Shown: positions 1 through 9,401, counted from the stretch's first letter. The stretch is 32,000 nucleotides of DNA from Nanobdella aerobiophila (GCF_023169545.1 NZ_AP019769.1:540001-572000); one strand, 5' to 3'. Program-made: numbers and translations. The notes: a model not told the origin generated them from the sequence alone.

Positions 1-607
1 AATTTAACAATTCTTGAACATACTTTGCATTTTCATCCTTTATTGGAGTTATAATTCTAACAGTAACATTCCTTTCTTTTAATTCCATAAATACAGGTTT
101 TAGTACTATTGCATCTCTAACAAAACTTAATTCTGTAGTAACTATATTTACTTGTTTTTCTGCTTCCTTTAACATAGTTTCTAAATGACTTATGATATTT
201 TGTTGTCCCCTCAAAGCTCCTGATTTTTCTGAGATGTCTATTGAAGCAGCACCTGACTTGTGTATAGAATCTAATTCACCTACTAATGGAGAATCCTTTA
301 ATTTCTCTAACTCTGACACTTTCCTATTTACAACTTCTTCATATCTCTTTCTTACCCTCTCAACAACCTCACTTGGAGGTATTGCTAAGTATTTGATTGG
401 CTTCCCAAGCTTCATAACAACAAAACCTTTTTTTTCTAAAGACTCTAGAACGTCATATGCTCTAGATCTTGGTATATCTGCCAAATCTGCTAATTCACCA
501 GCAGTTGCAACACCCTTTGATAGTAATGCTAACCATATCCTGGCTTCATATGTATTCAAATTAAAAGAAGATTTTACTTTATTCACTAACTCATCATTTA
601 CAATCAT
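1..607 (-). CDS. TrmB/HTH-type transcriptional regulator, partial (runs off window start)
   Basis: Reverse strand from the ATG at 607..605 reads MIVNDELVNKVKSSFNLNTYEARIWLALLSKGVATAGELADLADIPRSRAYDVLESLEKKGFVVMKLGKPIKYLAIPPEEVVERVRKRYEE..., a TrmB-like winged helix. The ORF track gives only the antisense ORF 192..611 (+). Confidence 0.85.
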   Translation of the reverse strand, partial: MIVNDELVNKVKSSFNLNTYEARIWLALLSKGVATAGELADLADIPRSRAYDVLESLEKKGFVVMKLGKPIKYLAIPPSEVVERVRKRYEEVVNRKVSELEKLKDSPLVGELDSIHKSGAASIDISEKSGALRGQQNIISHLETMLKEAEKQVNIVTTELSFVRDAIVLKPVFMELKERNVTVRIITPIKDENAKYVQELLN

Positions 608-645
608 ATAATATATATAGATAACAAAGGGTTTAAAAACTATCC

Positions 646-2331
646 TTATGATTTTTGATTCCTATATAGATCGTATAATCTATTTATATCATCTATATCC
701 TCTATAGACTTATCTGGCCTTAGTCTGACGAATCTTGGAAATCTTAAGGCAAATCCAGATGAATATTTAGGACTTTTCTGTATTTCGTCATACAATACCT
801 CTATTACAATTTTTGGAATTATTTTTACCATTTTTCCATCTTCTTCCCTAATCAATGGTTTTAAAATTTTAGTCATATCCTCAAATGTTATATCATCTTC
901 CGATTCTTTCTTTTCCTTTAAACCACTACTAACCTCTCCAACTTCTAATAATTTGCCTGTCTCTCTATCTAATATAGATATTATATATGATGTTAACCAG
1001 CCACCTCTCTTTCCTTCCCCCCATTCTGCACCAGTTATAACAACATCAATTGATTCCTTTACAGGCTTTAATTTTACCATATACCCAACCCTTCTGCCCG
1101 GCTGATATTTTGCATCTAATTTTTTAAACATTATACCTTCTAAACCATTTCTTATAGCATCATTGAAAAAATTATTTGCTTCTTCTTCTGAATCTGTTAT
1201 CTTACCTTCGGATACCGATATCTTATTCTCATCTTCCTTTACTATAGATTTTAATAAATCTCTTCTTTCCTTAAAAGGCACATTTAGTAAGGAATTATCA
1301 TAATAGATTATATCAAATAATCTAACGACAACTGGTATCTCCTTTACCATTTTTTCTATATTATATTTTCTTCTAATTCTTTGTGAGATCTTTTGGAATG
1401 GCAGATATTTTCTATCATGATATCCTACAATTTCTCCTTCGACCAAGAAATCCTTATCCATCGGTAAACATTCTTTAATAAATTCTATAACATCTGGAAA
1501 TTGATCTGTAACATTTTCTAATCTTCTAGTCCATAAAGATATTTCATTACCCTTTTTATGTATTTGTACTCTAAATCCATCATATTTATATTCAATCATC
1601 GCAGGTCTCCCAACAACATCAAATGCTTCTTTAGCACTATCTGCTTTTATAGCCAACATAACCTTTATTGGCCTACCCAATATTGGAGAGATATTGTATA
1701 TAGCTTCACTTCCTTTTTCCAATATTAACTTTACTACTTCTCCGAAATCATTTAATATAAAATATGCTTTTTCAATATCTTCTGATCTAAAATTAAAGGC
1801 TTTAGCTATAGAATCTATTATTATTCCTTCTCCTACTCCGATCTTCAAATCTTCTAAGGATAATCTTGCAATATATCTGGCTTCTAATGGAGTAGAAGAT
1901 ACAAATAAATTTGCTAGGTATCTTATTTTTTTATCTTGAGCGCCCTCTCCCCCTAATAAACCTATTGATCTAAATGTATCATATACATCTTTTATAGATA
2001 GCTTTTTAGTAAATATTGATCTTTGTTTCTTTTCTAAAACTAATTTTTCCGCAACTAAACCCATATCACCTGTTTTAACAAATAAATTTTCAATGTACTG
2101 TTTATCATATCCTGTAGCTATAGATAATGCCTTTATGGTTAATTTTTCAGCAATCTCAGTATCTTTATCCTCCCATGGATAAAATATGTTCCCTCCTATT
2201 AACATAAATGTTTCTTTTATGGAATCTTTATCTATTTCCAATATAAACTTTGATAAAATATCTACTTTTACCAACCTTTCAGACTTATCTTCTAAATTTT
2301 TAAAAACATTAGCTAATCTTTCAAATTCCAT
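646..2331 (-). CDS. lig: ATP-dependent DNA ligase (archaeal type)
   Basis: Nucleotidyltransferase active-site motif EYKYDGFRVQIHKKG, plus LVEGEIVGY, EGIMFKK and VGYMVKLK motifs; 561 aa. Confidence 0.96.
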   Translation of the reverse strand: MEFERLANVFKNLEDKSERLVKVDILSKFILEIDKDSIKETFMLIGGNIFYPWEDKDTEIAEKLTIKALSIATGYDKQYIENLFVKTGDMGLVAEKLVLEKKQRSIFTKKLSIKDVYDTFRSIGLLGGEGAQDKKIRYLANLFVSSTPLEARYIARLSLEDLKIGVGEGIIIDSIAKAFNFRSEDIEKAYFILNDFGEVVKLILEKGSEAIYNISPILGRPIKVMLAIKADSAKEAFDVVGRPAMIEYKYDGFRVQIHKKGNEISLWTRRLENVTDQFPDVIEFIKECLPMDKDFLVEGEIVGYHDRKYLPFQKISQRIRRKYNIEKMVKEIPVVVRLFDIIYYDNSLLNVPFKERRDLLKSIVKEDENKISVSEGKITDSEEEANNFFNDAIRNGLEGIMFKKLDAKYQPGRRVGYMVKLKPVKESIDVVITGAEWGEGKRGGWLTSYIISILDRETGKLLEVGEVSSGLKEKKESEDDITFEDMTKILKPLIREEDGKMVKIIPKIVIEVLYDEIQKSPKYSSGFALRFPRFVRLRPDKSIEDIDDINRLYDLYRNQKS

Positions 2332-2365
2332 AAAAATTATATATAAAAATAAAAAATAAAAGTTT

Positions 2366-3454
2366 CTATATATTTAAAATATCTATTCCTAAATTAGAAT
2401 CTTTAACCAACCTCCCAGTATCCCACTCTTCTTTCCATTTCGACAATATATATGGACTTCTTACACCAGATATAATTATTGTAGCTTTTATCTTTCCTTT
2501 CATATTTTCATCCATTCTTGCACCTAGTATTGTCAAAGAATCTTCACCTAAATATTTCTTTACATGCTCCGCTACTTCATTTACTTCTTTTAAAGTCATG
2601 TCTGGACCTCCAGTTACATGTACTAATGCACCTGTAGCACCTTCATATGACACATCTAATAATGGTAATTCCAATGCTCTCTTTGCTGCTTCTTCAGCTC
2701 TCTTTTCACCATCTGCTACACCTATACCTACAATAGATGCACCACCACCTATGCCCAATACAGTCTTTACATCAGCGAAGTCCAAATTAATATAAGATGG
2801 AACTGCAATAGTTTCTACTAAACCTTTTATCATTTGACCTACTATGTTATTTGCATATCCAAAAGCCTGTGATACTGGCAGATTTCCTGCATATTGCAAT
2901 ATTTTATTGTTATCTATCAATATTACATTATCTGCATATTTTCTTAACTGTGCTAGACCTTCTTCTGCTTTTTCTCTTCTAACTCCACCTTCAGATGAAA
3001 ATGGTAGTGTTGCTACTGCTACTATTAATGGCACTCCTGCTTCCTTAGCAATTTGTGCGACAACAGGAGCGGAACCTGTTCCTGTTCCTCCACCTAAACC
3101 CAATGTAATCCATACCATATCTGCTCCTTCTAATAATTTTCTTAGATCACCCTGGGATGCTCTTGCTGCTTCTGTTCCTTTAGATGGTAAACCACCTGCA
3201 CCTAATCCCCTAGTTACATCCTTACCCAATAATACTTTTTTATGAGCTTTTACTGATTTTAAATGAGCATAATCCGTATTTGCAGCTATTACTTCTGCAC
3301 CTTTTATATCCATCTTATATAACCAATCTGCTATATTTGAACCTGCTCCTCCTGTACCTACTATTTTTATTGTTGGTATCAATTTAAACTCCTCGCCTTC
3401 TTGTACTCCTATTATTTCTACGTCATCTTCTTTATTAGTATAAAGGTCTGCCAT
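2366..3454 (-). CDS. ftsZ: Cell division protein FtsZ
   Basis: Tubulin/FtsZ signature GLGGGTGTGSAPVVAQIAKEAG, GTGGAGSNI and NTDYAHL. Confidence 0.97.
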   Translation of the reverse strand: MADLYTNKEDDVEIIGVQEGEEFKLIPTIKIVGTGGAGSNIADWLYKMDIKGAEVIAANTDYAHLKSVKAHKKVLLGKDVTRGLGAGGLPSKGTEAARASQGDLRKLLEGADMVWITLGLGGGTGTGSAPVVAQIAKEAGVPLIVAVATLPFSSEGGVRREKAEEGLAQLRKYADNVILIDNNKILQYAGNLPVSQAFGYANNIVGQMIKGLVETIAVPSYINLDFADVKTVLGIGGGASIVGIGVADGEKRAEEAAKRALELPLLDVSYEGATGALVHVTGGPDMTLKEVNEVAEHVKKYLGEDSLTILGARMDENMKGKIKATIIISGVRSPYILSKWKEEWDTGRLVKDSNLGIDILNI

Positions 3455-3742
3455 AGTAATATATAAAATTTACTATATTAAAAATATTTTCATTATAAAA
3501 AAATCCTTTAAGAATATTTAATAGAATTTTCTGAATTATATAGATAATTTTTAACGTAAAATCAATTCTAATTATATATAGATAATGACAAATAATATCA
3601 AAAATAAATAACATATTAAAGTGTTAAGATAAACATAAAAAGAAATGTTTATAAATAATACTTTATAATCATCGTATAGTAATAAATTTATTGATAAATA
3701 TAAAAAATTATTTTTATAAATCTTTCTATTAATATTACTATT

Positions 3743-4039
3743 ATGAAATCAGAAATGTCTATGAGTATTGGATTGTTAATACCATTTTTATTATTAGCTT
3801 CCACTATGTATATAACAACAAGTTCATTAGTAAATAATATACAAAATATGGATTCTGGTATAATAGCATATGCAAATTGTGCACAAAATATGATGAATTA
3901 TGCATTTATTGGACAAGTATATAACTACACGGCATGTTATGAACAAGAGATAAATCAAACACAATTAAACTGTTCGTATAATAGTACAGATGTTATATGC
4001 AATCTTAATGGAACTACATATTTATATCCATTAAAATAA
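3743..4039 (+). CDS. Small single-TM secreted, possibly pilin-like protein
   Basis: 98 aa: short N-terminus, hydrophobic helix (SIGLLIPFLLLASTMYITT), then an extracellular-type domain with four Cys and several N-x-S/T sequons; TATA-like element upstream. Confidence 0.5.
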   Translation: MKSEMSMSIGLLIPFLLLASTMYITTSSLVNNIQNMDSGIIAYANCAQNMMNYAFIGQVYNYTACYEQEINQTQLNCSYNSTDVICNLNGTTYLYPLK

Positions 4040-4064
4040 AAATTTTTTTCTTATTATTTTTTAG

Positions 4065-5342
4065 ATGAGATATGTTAATATAAAGACAAAAGATAATAAA
4101 TTAAGATCAGGATATATAATAAATGAAACCTCCGATTTTATAATAATAAAATTGAAAAATGGTTATAATATAGGTATTTACAAAGAAGATATAATAGATA
4201 TAGAACAAAAAGAGATATATGATACGAAAAAAGAAGAAATAAGAAATATAATCTCAAAAAATAATAAAAAAATCTCAATAATAGCAACAGGTGGTACAAT
4301 ATTATCAAAAATTGACTATAGAACTGGAGGAGTACATATGCTAACAAATCCAGAAGAATTGATAGATTTAGTCCCAGATCTATTAAATTATACAGAAATA
4401 AAAAATATAGAAATCCCTTTTTCTATAGCTTCAGAGGATATGTTACCAGATAACTGGATTGAGATCGGAAAGAAAGCAGTAAATTTACTAAAAGATAATG
4501 AAAATAATGGTATAACAGTACTACATGGTACAGATACTATGCACTATACATCTGCTGCACTTTCCTTCATTATAAAAAATCTAAATAAACCTATAGCCTT
4601 AACTGGATCCCAGAGATCATCAGATAGACCTTCTTCAGATGCTTTTTTCAATTTATTATCTTCTGCTATATATAATAATTCCGATATTGCAGAAGTTTCA
4701 GTTGTTATGCATGGGAGCTCTTCAGATAAATTTGCATATGCCCACAGAGGTACAAAAGTTAGAAAAATGCATACTGAGAGAAGAGATGCATTTCAATCAA
4801 TAAATGATTTACCAATAGCAAAGATATATCCTTTAGAAAAAAATATGGAGATAATAAATAACAATTATGTAAAAAGGAATAATAATGACCCATATCTAGA
4901 TGATAAAATTGAAAAGAAAGTTGCATTAATCAAAGTATATCCAGGTTCTGATCCAGATATTGTAAAATATTATATAGATAAAAATTATAGAGGGATTGTA
5001 TTAGAAGGAACTGGTTTTGGTCATGTACCAACAAATCCAGTTAAAAAAGAATATTCATGGATAGATAACATAAAAGAAGGAATTAAAAATAATATGGTAT
5101 TTGTTATAGCCTCACAAACTATATATGGTAGAACGAATCCTTTTGTCTATACCAATGGTAGATTATTATATGATTTAGGTGTTATATATTCTCAAGATAT
5201 GACACCGGAAGTTTCTCTAGTAAAACTGATGTATAGTTTAGGACATGCAGATAATTATGATGAAGTAAAAAAGATCTTTCTATCGAATATAGCTGGAGAA
5301 ATAAATGAAAAAAGTCATTATGAATATTTCAATGTACTATAG
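4065..5342 (+). CDS. gatD: Glutamyl-tRNA(Gln) amidotransferase subunit D (asparaginase-like)
   Basis: SIIATGGTILSKIDYRTGGV and VLHGTDTMHYTSAALSF asparaginase motifs with an N-terminal SH3/Tudor-like domain. Confidence 0.93.
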   Translation: MRYVNIKTKDNKLRSGYIINETSDFIIIKLKNGYNIGIYKEDIIDIEQKEIYDTKKEEIRNIISKNNKKISIIATGGTILSKIDYRTGGVHMLTNPEELIDLVPDLLNYTEIKNIEIPFSIASEDMLPDNWIEIGKKAVNLLKDNENNGITVLHGTDTMHYTSAALSFIIKNLNKPIALTGSQRSSDRPSSDAFFNLLSSAIYNNSDIAEVSVVMHGSSSDKFAYAHRGTKVRKMHTERRDAFQSINDLPIAKIYPLEKNMEIINNNYVKRNNNDPYLDDKIEKKVALIKVYPGSDPDIVKYYIDKNYRGIVLEGTGFGHVPTNPVKKEYSWIDNIKEGIKNNMVFVIASQTIYGRTNPFVYTNGRLLYDLGVIYSQDMTPEVSLVKLMYSLGHADNYDEVKKIFLSNIAGEINEKSHYEYFNVL

Positions 5343-5655
5343 AACCTTCTTTTATATCTTTATCAACGGTTAATAAAGATACAAAGTTATCGTATTCCGC
5401 TGCTAACAACATACCTTGAGATTCTATACCCCTAAAATTCTTATATTGTAAATTTGTCACTATTATTATTTTTTTATTTATTAACTCCTCCTTTTTGTAC
5501 CAACTTTTTATCCCGGATACAATTGTCCTTATTTCGCCTCCTATATCTACTTTTAATACATATAATTTATCTGCATTTGGATGATCTTGGACTTCTAATA
5601 TTTTTCCAACTATTAACCTTATTTTTTGTAGATCTTCAATCGTTATTGAATCCAT
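5329..5655 (-). CDS. tRNA-binding OB-fold domain protein (MetRS C-terminal / Csaa-like)
   Basis: LIVGKILEVQDHPNADKLYVLKVDIGGEIRTIVSGI...NLQYKNFRGIESQGMLLAA typical of the tRNA_bind domain. Confidence 0.88.
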   Translation of the reverse strand: MDSITIEDLQKIRLIVGKILEVQDHPNADKLYVLKVDIGGEIRTIVSGIKSWYKKEELINKKIIIVTNLQYKNFRGIESQGMLLAAEYDNFVSLLTVDKDIKEGSIVH

Positions 5656-5683
5656 TTAAAACTATTATAAACATTATTTATAA

Positions 5684-6625
5684 ATGGAACCAATAAAGGA
5701 TTTAAAGATAAAAAAGGACATTAAAGTATCAGAACTATTAGAACAGTTCAAAAATATAGGAGGATTTCAGGCACAAGAACTATATAGAGGTTATGAAGCA
5801 TTAAAAGATATGTTTAATGATAAAGAAGTTATAAAAATTCTCTCATTCCCAGCAGATATAATATCAACTGGAATTAGAGGGTTAATAAGAGATATAATAA
5901 AAAATAAATTATTTGATATTATAATTACTACAACCGGGACATTAGATCATGATATAGCAAGATTAGTAAATGACTACTATATTGGATATTTTGATTCTGA
6001 TGATATAAAATTAAGGGAGGAGGGTATATTAAGGTTAGGAAATGTATATATACCAGATAATAATTATGGTCTAGCAATAGAAAACATATTAAGACCTATA
6101 TTAAATGATATTTTTGATGAGTTAAATAAAGATAATAAAAAGAGGATAGGAACCTATGAATTAATATATAAAATTGGTGAAAGATTAGAAAATAACCCTC
6201 GAAAAGAAGAAAGTATAGTATATTGGTCCTACAAAAACAAGATACCAATAATAATTCCAGGCATTACAGATGGTGCAGTTGGTACTCAAATATTAATAAA
6301 TGAATATGACTACCCCGACATACAGATATCTGTATGGGAAGATGAAAAACTTCTAGCATCAAAATTCTTCGGAGATAAAAAAGTAGGTGCATTAATACTT
6401 GGTGGAGGTATATCAAAGCATCATACAATCTGGTGGGCCCAATTCTCAGGGGGATTAAAATATGCTGTATATATATCATCTGCGAATGAATTAGATGGTA
6501 GTTTATCTGGCGCAAAAACAAAGGAAGCAATAACCTGGAAAAAGATTAAAAAAGATGCAAAGCATGTGAATATATGGAGTGATATAACAATAGCACTACC
6601 ATTAATAATATCAGATTTTCTATAA
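5684..6625 (+). CDS. dys: Deoxyhypusine synthase
   Basis: TGTLDHDIAR, IIIPGITDGAVGTQ, GGGISKHHTIWWAQFSGGLKYAVYISSANELDGSLSGAKTKEAITWKKI. Confidence 0.94.
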   Translation: MEPIKDLKIKKDIKVSELLEQFKNIGGFQAQELYRGYEALKDMFNDKEVIKILSFPADIISTGIRGLIRDIIKNKLFDIIITTTGTLDHDIARLVNDYYIGYFDSDDIKLREEGILRLGNVYIPDNNYGLAIENILRPILNDIFDELNKDNKKRIGTYELIYKIGERLENNPRKEESIVYWSYKNKIPIIIPGITDGAVGTQILINEYDYPDIQISVWEDEKLLASKFFGDKKVGALILGGGISKHHTIWWAQFSGGLKYAVYISSANELDGSLSGAKTKEAITWKKIKKDAKHVNIWSDITIALPLIISDFL

Positions 6626-6635
6626 ATATTTTTTT

Positions 6636-7190
6636 ATGGAGGAAATAAAAATTGAAAAAGAAAAAACAATTTTAATAGTCTGGGACGTAATAAATATATT
6701 AGTAAATAGTATATATAATAAAGAAGAGTTTATAAATTCTACAAAAGAAGTGATAGAATTTGCTAGAAAAAACAATATACCTGTAGTATATACAAAGATA
6801 AAGCAATATCCGAAGGGATTTGAACCTAAGAATATATCGAATATGAAATGGAAAAGTTCTACATGGAAAGAAGGAGATTTCGATCTATATATAAAACCAG
6901 AGGATAATGAATTAATAATAGAAAAAAATACCTGGAGCATATTTGTAGGAACAAATTTTGAATTATTATTAAGAAATAGGAATATAAATAATATAATATT
7001 CACTGGTATTGCTACAGAAATAGGAATAGAAACATCTGCAAGACATGCATTTGCACTAGGATTTACACCTATAATAATAGAAGATGCTGTTTCATCATCA
7101 AATAAAGAAGGTCATAATAGGTCTATAGAAAACATGAAAAACCTATTTATAACAGTAAAAGCAAAAAATTTAGAAAACATTATAAAATAG
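6636..7190 (+). CDS. Isochorismatase/nicotinamidase-family protein
   Basis: IVWDVINILVNSIY..., IIEKNTWSIFVGT, FTGIATEIGIETSARHAFALGF. Confidence 0.85.
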   Translation: MEEIKIEKEKTILIVWDVINILVNSIYNKEEFINSTKEVIEFARKNNIPVVYTKIKQYPKGFEPKNISNMKWKSSTWKEGDFDLYIKPEDNELIIEKNTWSIFVGTNFELLLRNRNINNIIFTGIATEIGIETSARHAFALGFTPIIIEDAVSSSNKEGHNRSIENMKNLFITVKAKNLENIIK

Positions 7191-7197
7191 TTTTTTA

Positions 7198-7250
7198 TCT
7201 GTTTACCCTCTTATCATCATTATATCAGTCGACATCGAAATCTTCATCAA
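7198..7250 (-). ncRNA. Candidate (degenerate) C/D box sRNA
   Basis: Minus strand: TTGATGA - 15 nt - CTGA - TATA - ATGATGA - TAAGAGGGTAAA (12 nt) - CAGA. Internal D'/C' pair is canonical; outer C and D each deviate. AT-rich TATA-like stretch upstream at about 7262-7275. Confidence 0.4.
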
Positions 7251-7336
7251 ATTTTTATTATTTTTCTATATTTAAATTTTATAGCACCCTCCAATCAATG
7301 AAGTAAGTCTGAGTATGAGGCTGGTGATACTGCGGA

Positions 7337-8089
7337 TTATAACCAGTATCCGCGAATATTTCCTTTGTACCAATCATTTAAAATTATAATACTTATTCTC
7401 TTTATCCAATTTTTATCCTTTATATTATATTTTTTTCTTAATTTATCATATAAATCCTTAAAATTATTAAATTCAATATTATAATAATCTTTAAATGGAC
7501 TTTTTCCTATATGTTTATATAAATAAAATACTGCCTTCTCAGGAAATTTAATATTTTCAATTCTTATACTACCTAGTATTGCCATCTTATATTCTTCTCT
7601 TGGTAATATTATTCCTGGTGAGTCGATTATATAATATCTTCTCGATAATCGTATCATTTGTAATCCTTTTGTAAATCCTGGCGATGGAGAAGTTAATGAC
7701 CTTTTTCTACCAGTTAATAAATTGGATATAGATGATTTTCCTGTATTTGGATATCCGAATAAACCAATATATATTTTTTCTTTATTTTTATTTGAGATAT
7801 CTTTTATCATTTTTCTTAATAATCTACTTCCTCTTCTTGTTTTTGTCGATACATAAACTGTTGGAAACTCATTATTAAATGCATCCACTACTATATCTAA
7901 AAAATCTTCTGGAACTAGATCTGATTTATTCAAAACCAATATCAATTTTTTATTAAAGTTTTTTATATATTTTTCAATACTATATAGTCTACAACTTTTA
8001 GGAAATCTAGAGTCTAATATTTCCAATAATATATCTGATCTTGAAATAATCTCCATGATTTTTTTATCCATATATATTAAAATTAGCAT
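7337..8089 (-). CDS. Circularly permuted GTPase of the YlqF/RbgA/YawG type (likely ribosome biogenesis)
   Basis: G4 motif NKSDL precedes G1 GYPNTGKSS, then G2-like SPSPGFTKG and G3 DSPGI. A downstream start (MDKKIMEI, about 8071) is possible. Confidence 0.9.
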   Translation of the reverse strand: MLILIYMDKKIMEIISRSDILLEILDSRFPKSCRLYSIEKYIKNFNKKLILVLNKSDLVPEDFLDIVVDAFNNEFPTVYVSTKTRRGSRLLRKMIKDISNKNKEKIYIGLFGYPNTGKSSISNLLTGRKRSLTSPSPGFTKGLQMIRLSRRYYIIDSPGIILPREEYKMAILGSIRIENIKFPEKAVFYLYKHIGKSPFKDYYNIEFNNFKDLYDKLRKKYNIKDKNWIKRISIIILNDWYKGNIRGYWL

Positions 8090-8156
8090 TACAAATTAAG
8101 CCTTTATATTGAAATTATAATATTATATTTATAAATAATAAGGTATATATTATATT

Positions 8157-8354
8157 ATGGCAGCAAGGAAAAAAAAGACTTTAAAGGAACTTATTTTAGA
8201 ATTATTAAAATCTCCAATGTCTGTAGATGATCTAATAAAGGCCGTGAAATCAAAAAGGCCTAGAACAAGGGTAAGGGTTATAAAGACTTTGGTCACTAGA
8301 TTAAAGAAGGATAATGTAGTGAAGGATATGAATGGAAAACTACAAGCTTCCTAG
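8157..8354 (+). CDS. Small basic protein with predicted winged-helix fold
   Basis: 65 aa, MAARKKKTLKELILELLKSPMSVDDLIKAVKSKRPRTRVRVIKTLVTRLKKDNVVK; upstream TATA-like element. Confidence 0.6.
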   Translation: MAARKKKTLKELILELLKSPMSVDDLIKAVKSKRPRTRVRVIKTLVTRLKKDNVVKDMNGKLQAS

Positions 8355-8373
8355 GGCCTTTATTTATATATTT

Positions 8374-9003
8374 TTAATATAATCCATATATAAATCCTAG
8401 CATTCCAATTAATTCTCCAGAATACAATATATATCCATACCCTAGAGATCCTAGTATACCTGTAATGATCAATATCAATATTGCAAAAATCGTCGCCAAT
8501 AATTTTATAGATTTAGATTTTTTCTTAATAAAAGAGTATATTGCAGATCCTAATATTACTACTGAGGCAAATAATTCTAATATTGATGAAATTCCCATGA
8601 CAGAAGCTAAATTTGGAGATGAATAATTCATAGCTATTCCATTCATTATAATATTAAAATTACTAGCTATTATTAAAAAATACAAAAATATTATTGATAA
8701 TACAATTGCAATTATCATAAATGTATATTGTAATTTTTTACTATAATATAATATAGAACCATTAGCGATCAAAAGTAATAAAAAAGCAACTAAGAATATA
8801 TATAATTTTTCAAACAATATATTATAATAATTGATAGAAAATAATATTTGTATTAAACTTATTAAAGAAAATCCTAAAAAGCCTAAAAAATAAAAGAAAT
8901 ACATCTTAGAATTAGTTCTAATATATCTTCTAAGAGATAAATAAACCACACCCAAAGATATTATAAATATTACTATAGTAAATATAGTTATTGACTCCAT
9001 CAT
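8374..9003 (-). CDS. Polytopic membrane protein of unknown function
   Basis: Multiple hydrophobic helices from MMESITIFTIVIFIISLGVV. The longer ORF-track start (9183) reads antisense through tRNA genes and was trimmed. Confidence 0.7.
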   Translation of the reverse strand: MMESITIFTIVIFIISLGVVYLSLRRYIRTNSKMYFFYFLGFLGFSLISLIQILFSINYYNILFEKLYIFLVAFLLLLIANGSILYYSKKLQYTFMIIAIVLSIIFLYFLIIASNFNIIMNGIAMNYSSPNLASVMGISSILELFASVVILGSAIYSFIKKKSKSIKLLATIFAILILIITGILGSLGYGYILYSGELIGMLGFIYGLY

Positions 9004-9033
9004 ACGGATATATAAAAAATTTATAAAAATATT

Positions 9034-9105
9034 GGGCCCGTAGTCTAGCGGTAGGATGTCGGCCTGGCTCGCCGGAGATCCCGGGTTCAAATCCCGGCGG
9101 GTCCA
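9034..9105 (+). tRNA. tRNA-Ala (GGC)
   Basis: Cloverleaf: acceptor GGGCCCG/CGGGTCC with G3:U70 and A73, D arm GTCTAGCGGTAGGAT, anticodon stem TCGGC/GCCGG with loop CTGGCTC, T arm CCGGG-TTCAAAT-CCCGG; no encoded CCA. Confidence 0.85.
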
Positions 9106-9146
9106 TAAAGAAAAACTTATAATATATAAATTAAAGATATATTTTA

Positions 9147-9217
9147 GCACTCGTCGTCTAGCGGTAGGATGCGGGCCTTCCAAGCCCGCGGCCCGGGTTC
9201 AAATCCCGGCGAGTGCA
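9147..9217 (+). tRNA. tRNA-Gly (TCC)
   Basis: Cloverleaf: acceptor GCACTCG/CGAGTGC, anticodon loop CTTCCAA in stem CGGGC/GCCCG, T arm CCGGG-TTCAAAT-CCCGG, discriminator A; no encoded CCA; TATA-like region upstream. Confidence 0.95.
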
Positions 9218-9292
9218 CTTTATAAATGATTATCAGATCTTATATACTGAAATAATCTATTTTTACTTGCCATAGTAAGCAATATTATCTAA

Positions 9293-9401
9293 TAAGCTAT
9301 ATATCTATTGTCTTATTTATTATATTACCAAATAAAACATTTATATTGTATCCGTAGAATATTTTATATAAGAAAGAAGTTATTTATAGATAAATAGCTT
9401 A
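9293..9401. repeat. Imperfect inverted repeat in a long intergenic region
   Basis: Left arm taagctatatatctatt (9293-9309) against right arm tatagataaatagctta ending at 9401, about 15/17 complementary. Confidence 0.5.

Noticed and set aside
192-611. 139-aa plus-strand ORF in the track
   Set aside because: Antisense of the clearly recognisable TrmB-like regulator on the minus strand.
1694-3245. Plus-strand ORFs inside lig and ftsZ (1694-1939, 2598-2795, 2844-3245)
   Set aside because: Antisense shadows of strongly conserved minus-strand genes; Ser/Pro/Thr/Asn-rich random-like translations.
4138-6530. Antisense or shadow ORFs within gatD, the tRNA-binding-domain gene and dys (4138-4347, 5454-5696, 6264-6530)
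   Set aside because: No motifs; overlap confident genes on the other strand.
6620-7003. Minus-strand 127-aa ORF
   Set aside because: Antisense of the isochorismatase-family gene, which has clear family motifs.
8583-8608. TTGATGAAATTCCCATGACAGA resembling a C-box half-module on the plus strand
   Set aside because: Lies within the membrane protein coding region, has no D'/C' or CTGA at the right spacing; judged coincidental.
9004-9183. N-terminal extension of the membrane protein ORF (8374-9183) containing RRDLNPGSPASQADILPLDYGPN
   Set aside because: This peptide is the antisense translation of tRNA genes, a familiar spurious annotation artefact; real start placed at 9003.
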